The notes: generated by a model not told the origin, from the letters alone. 64,000 bases of DNA from Clostridiales bacterium (GCA_004558825.1 SFDB01000003.1:27290-91289), one strand, 5' to 3'. Counted from the stretch's first letter, positions 8,677 to 19,261 are shown. Program-made: numbers and translations.

Positions 8677-9376
8677 AAAACACCTCCTCGCTTAAAAACA
8701 CGGGACCGTCTTTGCAGACTCGTTTATTGCCCGCTATTGTTTGACATGTGCAGCCCAAACAGGCTCCGGCGCCGCACGCCATCTTGTTTTCAAGCGAAAC
8801 ATACAGCCTGGCGCCGTTCGTTTTGCTCGCCGCCGTCTTCATCATCGGCGTAGGGCCACAGGCATAGTAAACGGCGTCTAATGAAAAATCAACATCGTCC
8901 GTTACATAGCCGCCGACGTTTACGAATACATCATCACACACATCTCTAAATGCGTCAACCATGAACGGTTCAGATGAAAAACCGAGATAGGCGGTTACTC
9001 GCTTTTGAGGATAGCGCCTTCCAATATCTTTTGCAAGCATGAAAAGCGGTGCAATACCTATACCTCCTCCTATTAGTACCGCATCTGAATCAAAAACTTT
9101 GAAGCCGTTCCCGTATGGTCCGTGTACTGTAAGCTCCATACCCGATTGAAGGCGCGACAAGGCTCGCGTTCCCTTGCCGACAACGGCATAAAGGAATGAC
9201 GCCACTCCAGAGATTTCATCGTAGTCGTGAAGACTGATCGGTCGCCCCAATAGCGGGTCCGTCGTTTCGGCAGGCTTTATCATATAAAACTGGCCGCAGC
9301 CGCCTTTTTTCAAGCCGCTTACGCGCATAAGGCGTATGTTTTCAGCTACGGAAATATTTTCCGTTATCACAGCCAT
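8663..9376 (-). CDS. pyrK: dihydroorotate dehydrogenase electron-transfer subunit
   Basis: 237 aa. C-terminal CGAGACLGCTC 2Fe-2S motif. Overlaps pyrD and pyrF. Confidence 0.85.
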   Translation of the reverse strand: MAVITENISVAENIRLMRVSGLKKGGCGQFYMIKPAETTDPLLGRPISLHDYDEISGVASFLYAVVGKGTRALSRLQSGMELTVHGPYGNGFKVFDSDAVLIGGGIGIAPLFMLAKDIGRRYPQKRVTAYLGFSSEPFMVDAFRDVCDDVFVNVGGYVTDDVDFSLDAVYYACGPTPMMKTAASKTNGARLYVSLENKMACGAGACLGCTCQTIAGNKRVCKDGPVFLSEEVFFDGR

Positions 9377-10224
9377 TTCATTATATCCTCACGCATTGCT
9401 GCTGCAGCGCAGGCGATATATGACACAAAGTCGTCGCCTTCCGTTTTTCCTTTGTGCGCTCCGATTATACCGCGCGACGAATTTACGACGCCGCAAATGC
9501 CATCGCCAAATATGCGCGCAAGATCTTTTCCTGTGCCGCCCTGTGCGCCGTAACCGGGTATCAAAAAAAACGTATTTGGCATAACGGCCTTTATCTTTAT
9601 GAACTCGTCAGGGTATGTCAAGCCGACGACGGCACCTATCGCACTTAAGCCTCTGTTTTCCGTATAACTGCTGCCCCACTTTGACACGAGCTCAGCCATA
9701 TGCATATATACCGGTCGACCGTCCGACTCTAATGTATCCTGTAAATCAACGCTGCTTGGATTTGACGTTTTGACAAGCGCGAACATGCCTTTGCCTTTTT
9801 CGAAATAAGGCGCATACGGCGATATGGCGTCTACACCCATATAGCCGTTTACTGTTATGATATCTGTTTCAAAGTCACCGCAGAAGTGTCCTTTCGCGTA
9901 CTGAGCGGCGGTAGATGAGATGTCGCCGCGCTTTATGTCCGATATAGCGATAAGGCCGTTTGAGCGGATGTACTTAAGCGTATCCGAAAAAGCCCTTAAG
10001 CCGTCAAGGCCGAGCGCCTCATAGCATGCGATTTGAAGCTTATAGCAGCATGCGGTATCTTTTGTCGCATCAACTATGCGTTTGTTGAATTCGAATATAT
10101 GCTCACCCGCAGTGCCGTTAGTTTCCGAAATGCATTTGGGGATGAACTCAAGCTTTGTATCAAGCCCCACGCATACGGGTCCGACGATTTTTGCGCGGTT
10201 GGCGAGCTTATCCATTATATTCAT
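9367..10224 (-). CDS. pyrF: orotidine 5'-phosphate decarboxylase (long, type 2 form)
   Basis: 285 aa with VGLDTK... and DIKRGDI motifs. Located in the pyr operon. Confidence 0.85.
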   Translation of the reverse strand: MNIMDKLANRAKIVGPVCVGLDTKLEFIPKCISETNGTAGEHIFEFNKRIVDATKDTACCYKLQIACYEALGLDGLRAFSDTLKYIRSNGLIAISDIKRGDISSTAAQYAKGHFCGDFETDIITVNGYMGVDAISPYAPYFEKGKGMFALVKTSNPSSVDLQDTLESDGRPVYMHMAELVSKWGSSYTENRGLSAIGAVVGLTYPDEFIKIKAVMPNTFFLIPGYGAQGGTGKDLARIFGDGICGVVNSSRGIIGAHKGKTEGDDFVSYIACAAAAMREDIMKWL

Positions 10225-11365
10225 ACTTTGTTATACCTCCGATAATTGTTTTAACTATACGCCCTTTTATTCGCCTTCCTCCAAAGGGCGTGTTGTGAGA
10301 TTTCGATATCATATTGTCCGGATTTATCGACCATTCTGCGCTCGGGTCAAATATAACTATGTTTGCGGGCGCTCCTACAGCCAAGACGGCAGGGGGCAAG
10401 CCGAGAATAACGCTTGGATTATAAGAGGCTATTCTCGAAAACGTGGTCAGCGGTATATCGTTTTCTGCACACACCGTGTTAAGTATCGAAGCGGCAAACT
10501 CTATACCGGATATACCCGCAGCCCCCTTTTGCTTATCCTCTGGAGTGTGTGGTGCGTGGTCGGTGGCGAAGCAGTCTATCGAACCGTCCCGTATACCTTC
10601 TATGAGCGCTTGCACATCACACTTGCGCCTGAGAGGAGGGTTTACCTTATAATCGCAATCATAGCCGAAAATGTGATGAGGCGTAACTTCGCATGTGAGG
10701 TGCAATCCGCTGTTTCGCGCTTCTTTTATGGCAGCAAGCGTTTCGCAGCGGCTGATATGTCCTACATGGAGGTTGCCTCCGACTTCGCGCAAAAGCCTTA
10801 TATCGCGATTAACCGTGTCTCGCTCGGGCTGGCAGTGGGTACTGATTATAAACCCATATTGGGAAGAAGCTCTTAGCAGCTCACGCATAAAGTCATCGTT
10901 GAATATCGTTTTGCCGTCATTTGAGACGACCTTAATTTTCCCTGCAAACGAAGCGTAGTCTGTAGCAACGGTATCGCCGAGCCCGACTCCTGCGGCGGCA
11001 GCCTGTATCACGTTGCACATGGTGAGCGCGCGCGCGCGTTCTTCAATATCGCGTGCCTCCTGCGCTGTTTCGCAGACAGGTACGGTGTTGGCCATAGCAA
11101 CAAGCGTCGAATAGCCTCCGCTGAGCGCAGCGCACATACCTGTTTCAAGCGTTTCTTTTTGCGTCTGCCCCGGATCGCGAAGGTGACAGTGCATGTCTAT
11201 AAGCGCGGGCATAAGTATGTTCCCGCCGACGTCAATATGAGCATCGCAGCATGGAGCTCCAGCAGCGTCACCGACATATGTTATGACGCCGCCTTCCGTA
11301 GCAAGCGCACCGCAAATGTCCGCGTTCTTATCTATTAGCCTTGCATTGAAGTAGAGCGTAGTCAT
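10208..11365 (-). CDS. pyrC: dihydroorotase
   Basis: 385 aa. DMHCHLRDPG (HxH metal site) and amidohydrolase-fold motifs. Confidence 0.85.
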   Translation of the reverse strand: MTTLYFNARLIDKNADICGALATEGGVITYVGDAAGAPCCDAHIDVGGNILMPALIDMHCHLRDPGQTQKETLETGMCAALSGGYSTLVAMANTVPVCETAQEARDIEERARALTMCNVIQAAAAGVGLGDTVATDYASFAGKIKVVSNDGKTIFNDDFMRELLRASSQYGFIISTHCQPERDTVNRDIRLLREVGGNLHVGHISRCETLAAIKEARNSGLHLTCEVTPHHIFGYDCDYKVNPPLRRKCDVQALIEGIRDGSIDCFATDHAPHTPEDKQKGAAGISGIEFAASILNTVCAENDIPLTTFSRIASYNPSVILGLPPAVLAVGAPANIVIFDPSAEWSINPDNMISKSHNTPFGGRRIKGRIVKTIIGGITKYEYNG

Positions 11366-11370
11366 ACGGC

Positions 11371-11793
11371 TTACAGGCTGGTGCGGGCATCGCAGTATTC
11401 GCAGGCGTATTGCTTTTTGTCCGGATCGACGAGTCTGAACGTGATCTCATCGATTTTTTCGACGTTTGTTATGCAGCGCGGGTTTTTGCAAGTGAGTATG
11501 CCGGTCACGGTTTCAGGGAGCGTGAGGTGCAGCTTTTTCACGGGAACGCCATCGCTTACATATGTAACGGAGATGCCGGGGTCAATGAGCCCAAGAACAT
11601 CGAAGTCGAGCTTAAGGTCGGTTTCAATCTTTATGAGGTCTTTTTTGCCCATCTTTTTGCTGTCTACGTTACGCATGAGAACGACTACATCGTCGAGCTT
11701 ATCAAGTCCGAGCTGCTCGAAAACCTTGTAGCCATGTCCTTGAGTGATATGGTCGAGAACAATGCCTTTTTTCAGCTTTGACACGTTTATCAT
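11371..11793 (-). CDS. pyrI: aspartate carbamoyltransferase regulatory subunit
   Basis: 140 aa. C-terminal zinc domain CKNPRC...CEYC. Overlaps the pyrB stop. Confidence 0.85.
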   Translation of the reverse strand: MINVSKLKKGIVLDHITQGHGYKVFEQLGLDKLDDVVVLMRNVDSKKMGKKDLIKIETDLKLDFDVLGLIDPGISVTYVSDGVPVKKLHLTLPETVTGILTCKNPRCITNVEKIDEITFRLVDPDKKQYACEYCDARTSL

Positions 11794-12728
11794 GATAATA
11801 CGCTCCTTTCATCGAGCCTTAAAAGTGAAAGAATAAGTGCCATACGGACATACATTCCGAATTTTACCTGATTGAAGTATACGGCGCGCGGGTCGTCATC
11901 GACGTCGGTCGCTATCTCATTTACGCGGGGCAGAGGATGCATGACGATCATGTCCTTCTTTGCCGTATCAAGCTTATCGCGCGTAAGTATAAAGAAATCT
12001 TTCAGACGCATATATTCTTCTTCGTTAATGAACCGTTCGCGCTGCACGCGGGACATATAAAGTATGTCGAGATCCGGTATGGCATGTTCGAGATTGTCTG
12101 TTTCATAATACGAGATGCCGAGCTTATTAAGGCTGTCCTTTATATATGTAGGCATTTTAAGCTCATCCGGCGAAATGAACACAAACTTGACGTTTGAAAA
12201 TCTCGAAAGACATGATACAAGCGAGTGTATTGTGCGCCCGAACATCAAGTCGCCGCAAACGCCTATCGTAAGGTCGGTTAAGCGTTTCTTATAATGCATG
12301 ATGGTAAGAAGGTCGGTCAATGTCTGCGTCGGATGCTGATGCCCGCCGTCGCCTGCGTTGATTACGGGGCAGTCAGCGTGCTTGCTCATAAGTCGCGCCG
12401 TTCCTTCCTTTGGGTGGCGTACAACGATTATGTCGGCATACTGAGAGACTGTCTTTGCGCTGTCGGCAACGGTTTCGCCTTTAGCGGTGCTGCTCGTGTT
12501 AGGGTCTGAAAAACCAATAACCTGCCCTCCAAGGCGGAGCATTGCGGCATCGAAAGAGAATTTTGTCCGTGTAGACGGTTCATAGAAAAGGCTTGCAAGT
12601 ATCTTACCCTTGCATTTTTCGGCATATTTTTCAGGGGCGTTTACGATACTGTCTGCAAGTTCCAAAAGGGAACCGAGCTCTTTAACCGAAAAATCCTGCG
12701 GCTCGAGCAGATGTCGTATGTTGTTCAA
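11790..12728 (-). CDS. pyrB: aspartate carbamoyltransferase catalytic subunit
   Basis: STRTKFSF and HPLPR motifs. The longest ORF runs to 12809. However, TTG at 12728 has AAGGAG 9 nt upstream and gives the usual ~313-aa N-terminus (NNIRHLL...). Confidence 0.85.
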   Translation of the reverse strand: MNNIRHLLEPQDFSVKELGSLLELADSIVNAPEKYAEKCKGKILASLFYEPSTRTKFSFDAAMLRLGGQVIGFSDPNTSSTAKGETVADSAKTVSQYADIIVVRHPKEGTARLMSKHADCPVINAGDGGHQHPTQTLTDLLTIMHYKKRLTDLTIGVCGDLMFGRTIHSLVSCLSRFSNVKFVFISPDELKMPTYIKDSLNKLGISYYETDNLEHAIPDLDILYMSRVQRERFINEEEYMRLKDFFILTRDKLDTAKKDMIVMHPLPRVNEIATDVDDDPRAVYFNQVKFGMYVRMALILSLLRLDERSVLS

Positions 12729-12789
12729 ATCAGTGAACTCCTTTCGTGTTTGTGTATACTGTCTTCGTCGTAAGACTGAAGAACATATC

Positions 12790-12833
12790 TTAAAAATCGC
12801 GTCCGACAAGCTACGAGCTTGTCGGACGCGATT
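12790..12833 (-). terminator. intrinsic terminator after purB
   Basis: Perfect 18-bp stem AATCGCGTCCGACAAGCT/AGCTTGTCGGACGCGATT with a 3-nt loop, followed on the minus strand by TTTTTAAG. Confidence 0.8.
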
Positions 12834-12839
12834 CTTTCG

Positions 12840-14258
12840 CTATACTTTCAATGATGAATCAACATCATCGATATTCTTGGGAACGACGGGTAACGAGCTT
12901 AAAAACTCATCAACCTGCGCGGCGCACCTTCCTGTGTAATCATTGGGATTGAGCGCCGATGAAATTTCGTCGGCATCGAGTATAAAATCGGGATCGGCGG
13001 CAAGTCTGCTGAGGAGATCGCAGTTTTCGCCTTCTTTCATGCGCTTTGTGGCTTCCATTGACGCCACGCGAATGCGCTCGTGCATTTTTTGTCTGTCGCC
13101 GCCTTTTTTGACCGCAGCCATAAGAAGGTTTTCCGTAGCTATGAACGGGAGATATTCCATTACGGCGCGTTCGACAATTCTGATATTTACATGGAGACCG
13201 TTTGTGACGTTATTCATTATACGCAGCACGGCGTCTACCGCAAGGAAGCCTTCGGGGAGCGATATACGCCTGTTTGCCGAATCGTCAAGCGTACGCTCGA
13301 ACCACTGAACAGATGCCGTAAGCGGAGCATTGAGCGCATCGACCATTATATAGCGCGAAAGCGAGCATATCCTTTCACAGCGCATGGGATTGCGCTTATA
13401 TGCCATTGCGGAAGAACCTACCTGCTCCTTTTCAAAGGGCTCTTCAAGCTGGCGCAACTGCTGCAGAAGACGTATATCGTTTGCGAAACGGTACGCGCTC
13501 TGCGCGATACTGCTTAGTACATTAAGTATTCTGCTGTCGAATTTTCGCGGATATGTTTGACCGGCAACAGGGAATATGCTATCGAATCCAAATTCGTTGG
13601 CGATTAGGATACTGAGCTTGCGAACTTTTTTCTCATCGCCGTCGAACAGGTTGAGAAAACTTGCTTCTGTCCCCGTGGTGCCACGGCAGCCGTGGAATTT
13701 GAGCGTGGAGATGACAAAATCGAGCTCATCAAGATCAAGCATAAGATCTTGTATCCATAAACACGCGCGCTTTCCGACCGTCACTAGCTGAGCGGGCTGA
13801 AAATGTGTATAGCCGAGTGTGGGGAGCGATTTGTATTCTGCTGCAAACTCCGAAAGCCTTCCTATTACGCACAAAAGCTCTTTCCTTATGTGCAAAAGAG
13901 CGTCGCGCATTATAATCAAATCGGCATTGTCGGTAACGTAGCAGCTTGTCGCGCCAAGGTGGATTATACCTTTTGCGTTGGGGCATGAAAGACCGTATGC
14001 ATATATATGAGCCATTACATCATGTCGTATTTCTTTTTCCTTTTCTGCGACAACATTATAATCAATCTCGTCGTTGACATGCGCTTCAAGCTCACTGACC
14101 TGATCACTTGTTACCGGAAGACCCAAAGAATGCTCGGCACGAGCCAGAGCAACCCACAATTTACGCCATGTTTTGTATCGCGTATCCGGAGAAAACAGCT
14201 TAAGCATGTAGTCCGAAGCGTAACGCGATGCAAGGGGGCTTTCGTAAAAGTCTTTCAT
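12840..14258 (-). CDS. purB: adenylosuccinate lyase
   Basis: SSAMAYKRNP fumarate-lyase signature. ATG 14258 (MKDFYESPLASRYAS) has AAGGAG upstream. The longer ORF to 14321 overlaps the promoter. Confidence 0.9.
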   Translation of the reverse strand: MKDFYESPLASRYASDYMLKLFSPDTRYKTWRKLWVALARAEHSLGLPVTSDQVSELEAHVNDEIDYNVVAEKEKEIRHDVMAHIYAYGLSCPNAKGIIHLGATSCYVTDNADLIIMRDALLHIRKELLCVIGRLSEFAAEYKSLPTLGYTHFQPAQLVTVGKRACLWIQDLMLDLDELDFVISTLKFHGCRGTTGTEASFLNLFDGDEKKVRKLSILIANEFGFDSIFPVAGQTYPRKFDSRILNVLSSIAQSAYRFANDIRLLQQLRQLEEPFEKEQVGSSAMAYKRNPMRCERICSLSRYIMVDALNAPLTASVQWFERTLDDSANRRISLPEGFLAVDAVLRIMNNVTNGLHVNIRIVERAVMEYLPFIATENLLMAAVKKGGDRQKMHERIRVASMEATKRMKEGENCDLLSRLAADPDFILDADEISSALNPNDYTGRCAAQVDEFLSSLPVVPKNIDDVDSSLKV

Positions 14259-14292
14259 TGCTATACTCCTTGCGTCGTCTACTCGAAAAAAT

Positions 14293-14321
14293 ATTATATG
14301 GCTGTTAGTGTATAAGGTCAA
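14293..14321 (-). promoter_or_regulatory. purB promoter
   Basis: Minus strand: TTGACC, 17-nt spacer, TATAAT. Confidence 0.6.
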
Positions 14322-14393
14322 GTATAAATTTTATATATTATGCAACAATGCCGCCGGTAAGGATGTACCGACGGCCAAATTTTAAAACTTATG

Positions 14394-15056
14394 TTAGACG
14401 GACCGTTTCTTTGTGCCAAAGCTAAGTATTATGCCAAGCGCTACCGAAAGAAACGCAGCAAGCACCACTTGGTATGCTTCAGGCAGCAGAAACGTTACCG
14501 TATGCGCGGGTATCCAGAAGAGAGGAACGGTTTTAATGAGCGTAAATCTTACAAATGCGCTCCAATTGATGCTGCCTATTACCGATTCTATACAGACCTT
14601 CTCCTTGATTTTTATCATATCAAGAACACGGTCGGAGCACTTATGTACGGCCATAAAGGTGGGGCCGAATGTCAGGTTCATTGTTGCGCTCGTAAAAAGC
14701 GCCTTGAGGAATTTGCTGCCGCTTCCGATAATTATGTTTTTTTCGATAAGCGAGCCAATCCCGCTTGAAAATACCTTCATCATGAAAGTTATCCATACGC
14801 CGATAAGTCCCCATAGTGCGAATCTTGCAATCACATATGATGGCAAACTCCAGCGCTTACCCTTGATGCGGAGGGCAATAAGTTCACCTGACAGCGCCAG
14901 AAAGGCGAACTTGAAAAAGCCCATTATAAAAGGATGTTCGGCTGTTGCGCCTTCAAACCAAGCTCTTGCAGCGGGAATTATGAGCACGGCCGCAAAAACG
15001 GCAATGATGCCGAAACAATAAAGCGGTATTATGAAGCTGTTTCTCTTTTTTTCCAT
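14394..15056 (-). CDS. multi-pass membrane protein, possibly Mpv17/PMP22-like
   Basis: About 220 aa and hydrophobic. The C-terminal FWIPAHTVTFLLPEAYQVVLAAFLSVALGIILS resembles the Mpv17/PMP22 signature (from memory). It has its own plausible promoter, TTGCAT-17-TAGAAT, at 15116-15088. Confidence 0.45.
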   Translation of the reverse strand: MEKKRNSFIIPLYCFGIIAVFAAVLIIPAARAWFEGATAEHPFIMGFFKFAFLALSGELIALRIKGKRWSLPSYVIARFALWGLIGVWITFMMKVFSSGIGSLIEKNIIIGSGSKFLKALFTSATMNLTFGPTFMAVHKCSDRVLDMIKIKEKVCIESVIGSINWSAFVRFTLIKTVPLFWIPAHTVTFLLPEAYQVVLAAFLSVALGIILSFGTKKRSV

Positions 15057-15133
15057 AAAACCTTCCCCCAATAATTATTGCCCGTTTATTCTACATATTA
15101 TTGTACATGAATGCAAGCATAGCATATGCATCG

Positions 15134-16093
15134 TCAGATGCGGAGCGCCTGTCGTTGCTGCAATATGTAATGCTTAAGCTGTTCACTGCCGTTCGTTATG
15201 AACTCAAAAGTGAGATAGTCAGGCGATATTCTTTTGATAAGCGTATCAACGCCGTCGCATGTGAACGGCATATGCCTATCGCAGCTGAAACCGTGGTAAA
15301 ACATTTGAGTCATACGCTCGCCGTATGTTGATGCAAGCGGTGGGGGAGAAGCCATCATACGTTTGCAGTAATCGCTTGTAATAGACATGTTAAGATGAAC
15401 GCCGCGTATGCGTTCGCATATTGGGCCGTGCTCATCAAGCAGTTTGTTTATATAGGAAAGCGCTTCTTCCTGCGTAGTGAGCTCAAGGCATGTATGAGCA
15501 ATATGACCAGTATCAAGCATGAGCCCAAAACGTCTGTCGGGAAAGGCGTCAAGCAGCAGCCTTGTTGCCGAAACATCCGTAAAAGTAAGCCCCGGTAACC
15601 AGAGGTTTTCGAAAAATACCGCCGGCATGTTTGGACAAAAGGATAAAAGCGCGTCCATAAGCTCGCACGTTGCCACAATAACCGAAGCATCGCTGCGCCT
15701 GAATTGGCGTGTAAGCGATTCGTCAACACGAACATCCGAAACATGGAATACCATATATTCGGCTTCATAGCGCAATGCGGCGCTTATATCGCGCAAATAA
15801 TGGTTTATGAGTGCCGAACGGTCGCTTCCGCCATATGCGCGTTCGCACTCGTCAAGCGAGCCGAATTCCTCTTCAAGTGCCTGTTCGTTTCCGTTCCAAA
15901 AATCTACCCAGTACGGCAGGCAGTTCATGTGCAGGCCTATGACGCGCTCCTTAGGTATAATGCCGCGAGTATCGCCTTCAATGCACATAAGCTCAACGCC
16001 GTCAAATCCATCGATAAGGTCAACAAAATCCTGCCTGCACCAAAACCTGTCGAGATCACAGCGTGTATCGGTCATATTGAGCTGAGTTTTCAT
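15134..16093 (-). CDS. xylose isomerase-like TIM-barrel protein (sugar phosphate isomerase/epimerase family)
   Basis: 319 aa with FHVSDV and MLDTGHIAH motifs typical of AP-endonuclease-2/xylose-isomerase-like barrels. It starts 6 nt after the ABC ATPase stop. Confidence 0.6.
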   Translation of the reverse strand: MKTQLNMTDTRCDLDRFWCRQDFVDLIDGFDGVELMCIEGDTRGIIPKERVIGLHMNCLPYWVDFWNGNEQALEEEFGSLDECERAYGGSDRSALINHYLRDISAALRYEAEYMVFHVSDVRVDESLTRQFRRSDASVIVATCELMDALLSFCPNMPAVFFENLWLPGLTFTDVSATRLLLDAFPDRRFGLMLDTGHIAHTCLELTTQEEALSYINKLLDEHGPICERIRGVHLNMSITSDYCKRMMASPPPLASTYGERMTQMFYHGFSCDRHMPFTCDGVDTLIKRISPDYLTFEFITNGSEQLKHYILQQRQALRI

Positions 16094-16099
16094 TTTGAG

Positions 16100-16858
16100 T
16101 CAATCCTTCCATATTGTAAGCTGTGACTGCATCCATGCATACACATCCATGGAATATACCGTATTAAGATTGGCGCGTGTCAATACTTTGTCGGCGGTAT
16201 CAAATGCTTCAATGCGTCCGTTGTGGAGCAAGAGCGCATGGGTACCGTATTTTTTCGCCAGGCTCAGGTCGTGGACTACGGATATCACTGCACGCCCGCT
16301 ATGGGCCAGCCATTCGCGCGTAAGCTCGAATATTTGGCGTTGATACACTAAATCGAGATGATTGCTCGGCTCATCGAGTATCAAAAGCTTTGGATTCTGT
16401 GCGAAAAGCTGCGCTAAGAATGTCCTTTGAAGTTCACCGCCTGAGAGTGTAAGCACGGATTGCTGCATGAGCGAAAGCATTCCTGTGAGTCGCGCGGCCT
16501 CTTCAACGGCTTTATCATCGTTGCTCGAGGATTTTGCAAACAGGCCGCCTGAATATGAGTATCGACCGAGTCGTATTATTTCTTCTACGGTGAATGAATA
16601 GTTGACGTTGTGCGTCTGAGTAAGTATGCCGCAGTTTTTTGCGAATTCGGAAGGCTTCATGCGGCGCACGTCTTTACCGCCGAAAGTCACATTGCCGCTG
16701 TAAGGCACGCCTTGAGCTATTGCGTTTACTATCGTTGACTTTCCTGCGCCGTTTGGGCCGACAAGCATGAGCCATTGGCCTTCGAGAACATCGAAGCTTA
16801 TGGCTTTGACAATGGTGTTTTCACCGTAGCGCACTGTCATGTTTTCGACGTTCAGCAT
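16100..16858 (-). CDS. ABC transporter ATP-binding protein (iron-siderophore/cobalamin type)
   Basis: Walker A GPNGAGKST, signature LSGGELQR, Walker B LLILDEP. ATG 16858 lies directly after the permease stop. Confidence 0.85.
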   Translation of the reverse strand: MLNVENMTVRYGENTIVKAISFDVLEGQWLMLVGPNGAGKSTIVNAIAQGVPYSGNVTFGGKDVRRMKPSEFAKNCGILTQTHNVNYSFTVEEIIRLGRYSYSGGLFAKSSSNDDKAVEEAARLTGMLSLMQQSVLTLSGGELQRTFLAQLFAQNPKLLILDEPSNHLDLVYQRQIFELTREWLAHSGRAVISVVHDLSLAKKYGTHALLLHNGRIEAFDTADKVLTRANLNTVYSMDVYAWMQSQLTIWKD

Positions 16859-16859
16859 G

Positions 16860-17972
16860 CTATGCTCCCTTTCTTGACCTGAAAAATATGAACACAAATA
16901 CGACTGCACCAACAAGCGACGTTACAACGCCGATGGGAAGCACCGCCGGGCTTGCTATCGTGCGCGCCGCAAGATCGGCAAGCATAAGGAAAATCGCGCC
17001 GAAATAGACGGAGGCAGGGAGGAGGCTTTTATGATTAGGGCCGGTTATCATACGGATAATGTGCGGTATGACGAGTCCGACAAAGCCTATGGTTCCGCCT
17101 ATCGATACACATACACCTATGAGCACCGAAACGGATATAAGTATTTCAAGCTTAACACGCCTTATGTCAACACCTATACTTCTGGCGTTATCCTCTCCGA
17201 CAGCAAATGCATTCAATTCAGGCGCACGTCTCAACAATGCAATTCCGCATACAATGAGTACGGCAAGCAGCACGATCACGTTTTTATAGTTGCTGCCCGA
17301 TAAGCTGCCCATTGTCCAGAATGTAATGTGCTTAACCTTTGACGAAGCGAACGTAATAATTAGGCTGATTATGCTTGACACAAACATCGAGTATATTACG
17401 CCTAAAAGTATTATTGTATTTGTAGAAAGCGAATGGTCGAGCTTATAAGCAAGAAGAAGTATTACTATCAATGAAGCAAAGGCGAATATTATTGACATCA
17501 CCATCGTTCCGGCCAACGGCAGAAACGGAATGGTTATATCAAATGCTATAGCGATCACGGCGCCGAGTGAAGCGCCTGACGATACTCCGAGCGTTGAACC
17601 GTCGGCGAGAGGGTTTTTGAGAAGGCCCTGCATTGCACATCCGCAAAGTGAAAGAGCCGCGCCTACAAGCGCAGCACACATGATGCGCGGCAGACGCACA
17701 GACATGATTATGGATACATACGAAGGGTCGGACGATTGATGAAGTCCGAACAACGATTTTAAGATGATGTCTACGGTGTCTTTAACCGGAACATTCACGC
17801 TGCCGAGACAAATGCAAATTATCGCCGTCGCAAGCACCGCAATGGCGAGTATCAAATGGCCGAGCCAACTAAAGCCGCTACGATTGAAAAGCGGTTTTTT
17901 CGCTCGAACAGTTGAAGACGGGGATGACGATGCATCCCCGTCAAATGGCAATTCCTTATGCCGCATTGTCAA
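16860..17972 (-). CDS. FecCD/BtuC family ABC transporter permease
   Basis: 370 aa, about 9-10 TM segments, typical FecCD sequence (MSVRLPRI..., GPNHKSLLP). Confidence 0.85.
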   Translation of the reverse strand: MTMRHKELPFDGDASSSPSSTVRAKKPLFNRSGFSWLGHLILAIAVLATAIICICLGSVNVPVKDTVDIILKSLFGLHQSSDPSYVSIIMSVRLPRIMCAALVGAALSLCGCAMQGLLKNPLADGSTLGVSSGASLGAVIAIAFDITIPFLPLAGTMVMSIIFAFASLIVILLLAYKLDHSLSTNTIILLGVIYSMFVSSIISLIITFASSKVKHITFWTMGSLSGSNYKNVIVLLAVLIVCGIALLRRAPELNAFAVGEDNARSIGVDIRRVKLEILISVSVLIGVCVSIGGTIGFVGLVIPHIIRMITGPNHKSLLPASVYFGAIFLMLADLAARTIASPAVLPIGVVTSLVGAVVFVFIFFRSRKGA

Positions 17973-18888
17973 GCTTTATATCCTCATAAACGAATTTAAA
18001 CAATGCTTCGGCAGCGTCAACGAGACGCGGACCGGGGCGCGAAATAGCGTTCGAATCGGAATTGAATACACGGTTCTCCTTGATAGCGGTTATGTTTTGC
18101 CAGCCCTCTCGCGCAATAATTTCCTCGACGGGCGTTGGACCGTCGCCGTAATACATCGATATTGTTACGATGTAGTCGGGGTTACGCTCGATGACCTGCT
18201 CTTCGGATATCTCTGCCCAGCCGGATATGTCCGCAAAGGCGTTCTTAAGTCCAAGCATGGCGGCGATTTCATCCATAAATGTGCCGCTGCCGGCTGTCCA
18301 AAGGCCGTATTGAAGAGGGGAGACCTCGAAATAGACCGTCTTTGTGCCGTCACCCGTCGCCTTAGACCTTATCTGCTCAAAGGAAGCCTTCATGCTTTCA
18401 ACGAGCTTTGCTGCCTCGTCGTTCATGCCTACGACTTTGCCTATCATTTCGATGGCCGCATATACGCCATCGATATCATTCGCTGCGCTTACGACGACTT
18501 TTATGCCCGCCTCTTCAAGAGCCGCGACCTGCTCCGTTGTCTGATCCATGGTGCTCATAAGCACTACCTGCGGATTGAGAGCAATTATCTGCTCAACATT
18601 CGTTTCACTGCCTGATTCAACTTCGGCAACTGCCAAAACGTCTTCGGGATAGTCGCAATATTTGCCGCGTCCGACGAGTTTATCGCCTGCGCCGAGTGCG
18701 TAAACTATCTCACAGTCTGCTGCGGTGAGCGCTACAATACGCTCAGCCGGAGCATCGAGCTTGATTTCGCGGTCGGTCATATCCTTAAATACAACCGTAC
18801 CGTCATTTTGGGTCGATATCGAGCATCCGACAAACGCAAATGCTGTCAACGCAGCCATTACAACAGCTAAAACTTTCAGGTTTTTCAT
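17956..18888 (-). CDS. periplasmic-binding-protein type (BtuF/FepB-like) ABC substrate-binding lipoprotein
   Basis: Lipobox FAFVGCS, 310 aa. First gene after a cobalamin riboswitch. Confidence 0.8.
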   Translation of the reverse strand: MKNLKVLAVVMAALTAFAFVGCSISTQNDGTVVFKDMTDREIKLDAPAERIVALTAADCEIVYALGAGDKLVGRGKYCDYPEDVLAVAEVESGSETNVEQIIALNPQVVLMSTMDQTTEQVAALEEAGIKVVVSAANDIDGVYAAIEMIGKVVGMNDEAAKLVESMKASFEQIRSKATGDGTKTVYFEVSPLQYGLWTAGSGTFMDEIAAMLGLKNAFADISGWAEISEEQVIERNPDYIVTISMYYGDGPTPVEEIIAREGWQNITAIKENRVFNSDSNAISRPGPRLVDAAEALFKFVYEDIKLDNAA

Positions 18889-18924
18889 AAAACACCCTCC
18901 TTAATTTTCTGAAAAGAATAGCAT

Positions 18925-19200
18925 CGATGGAGGAGGGGTAAAAAATATCGCTTACCCCTAAAAGCAAGCGATGAATATGCTTAAAACAAATCAAGCAGCT
19001 TCGCCCCGCCCCAGGAACTTCAATGTGTAAACAGGTCTCCCGGCTTGGCTTCATCCTAATCGGACACCTTCCCGCCACATGGCAGTGGTAAAAACATCCT
19101 TTCGTCAGCTTCACGGTTACTGGGCTAGCTCGGAAATCGCATCCGAATTCCCTCGGCATTTCTGCCGGCGCAATGCGCAAATACACACGCTATTCAATTT
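18925..19200 (-). promoter_or_regulatory. cobalamin (B12) riboswitch
   Basis: Minus strand contains GCCGAGGGAATTCGGATGCGATTTCCGAGC..., the B12-box-like ACCACTGCC, GGCGGGAAGGTG and GCCGGGAGACCTG. Downstream, CCCCTCCTCC can pair with the AAGGAGGG RBS of the binding-protein gene. Confidence 0.8.
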
Positions 19201-19207
19201 CGAGTGT

Positions 19208-19236
19208 ATTCTATCACCACAGGGAAGATGTGTCAA
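19208..19236 (-). promoter_or_regulatory. promoter of the riboswitch/ABC importer operon
   Basis: Minus strand: TTGACA, 17-nt spacer, TAGAAT. Confidence 0.65.
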
Positions 19237-19261
19237 CAATTTATATTATAATGAGTCAGCA

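Noticed and set aside
10076-10876. Long antisense ORFs inside real genes. Examples: 10076-10876 in pyrC, 17764-18615 in the binding-protein gene, 56805-57545 in folD, 720-2242 and 2311-3081 opposite dnaE/pfkA/rumA, 40402-40941 in uvrA.
   Set aside because: Each lies opposite a gene with unmistakable family motifs. Their composition is low-complexity (Ser/Arg/Cys-rich), and they have no RBS and no motifs. They are typical shadow ORFs.
12729-12839. PyrR-type attenuator in front of pyrB
   Set aside because: The only strong hairpin (12795-12833) starts about 7 nt after the purB stop and has the T-run of a plain terminator. No ARUCCAGAGAGG-like PyrR binding loop is present, and no pyrR gene is in the window.
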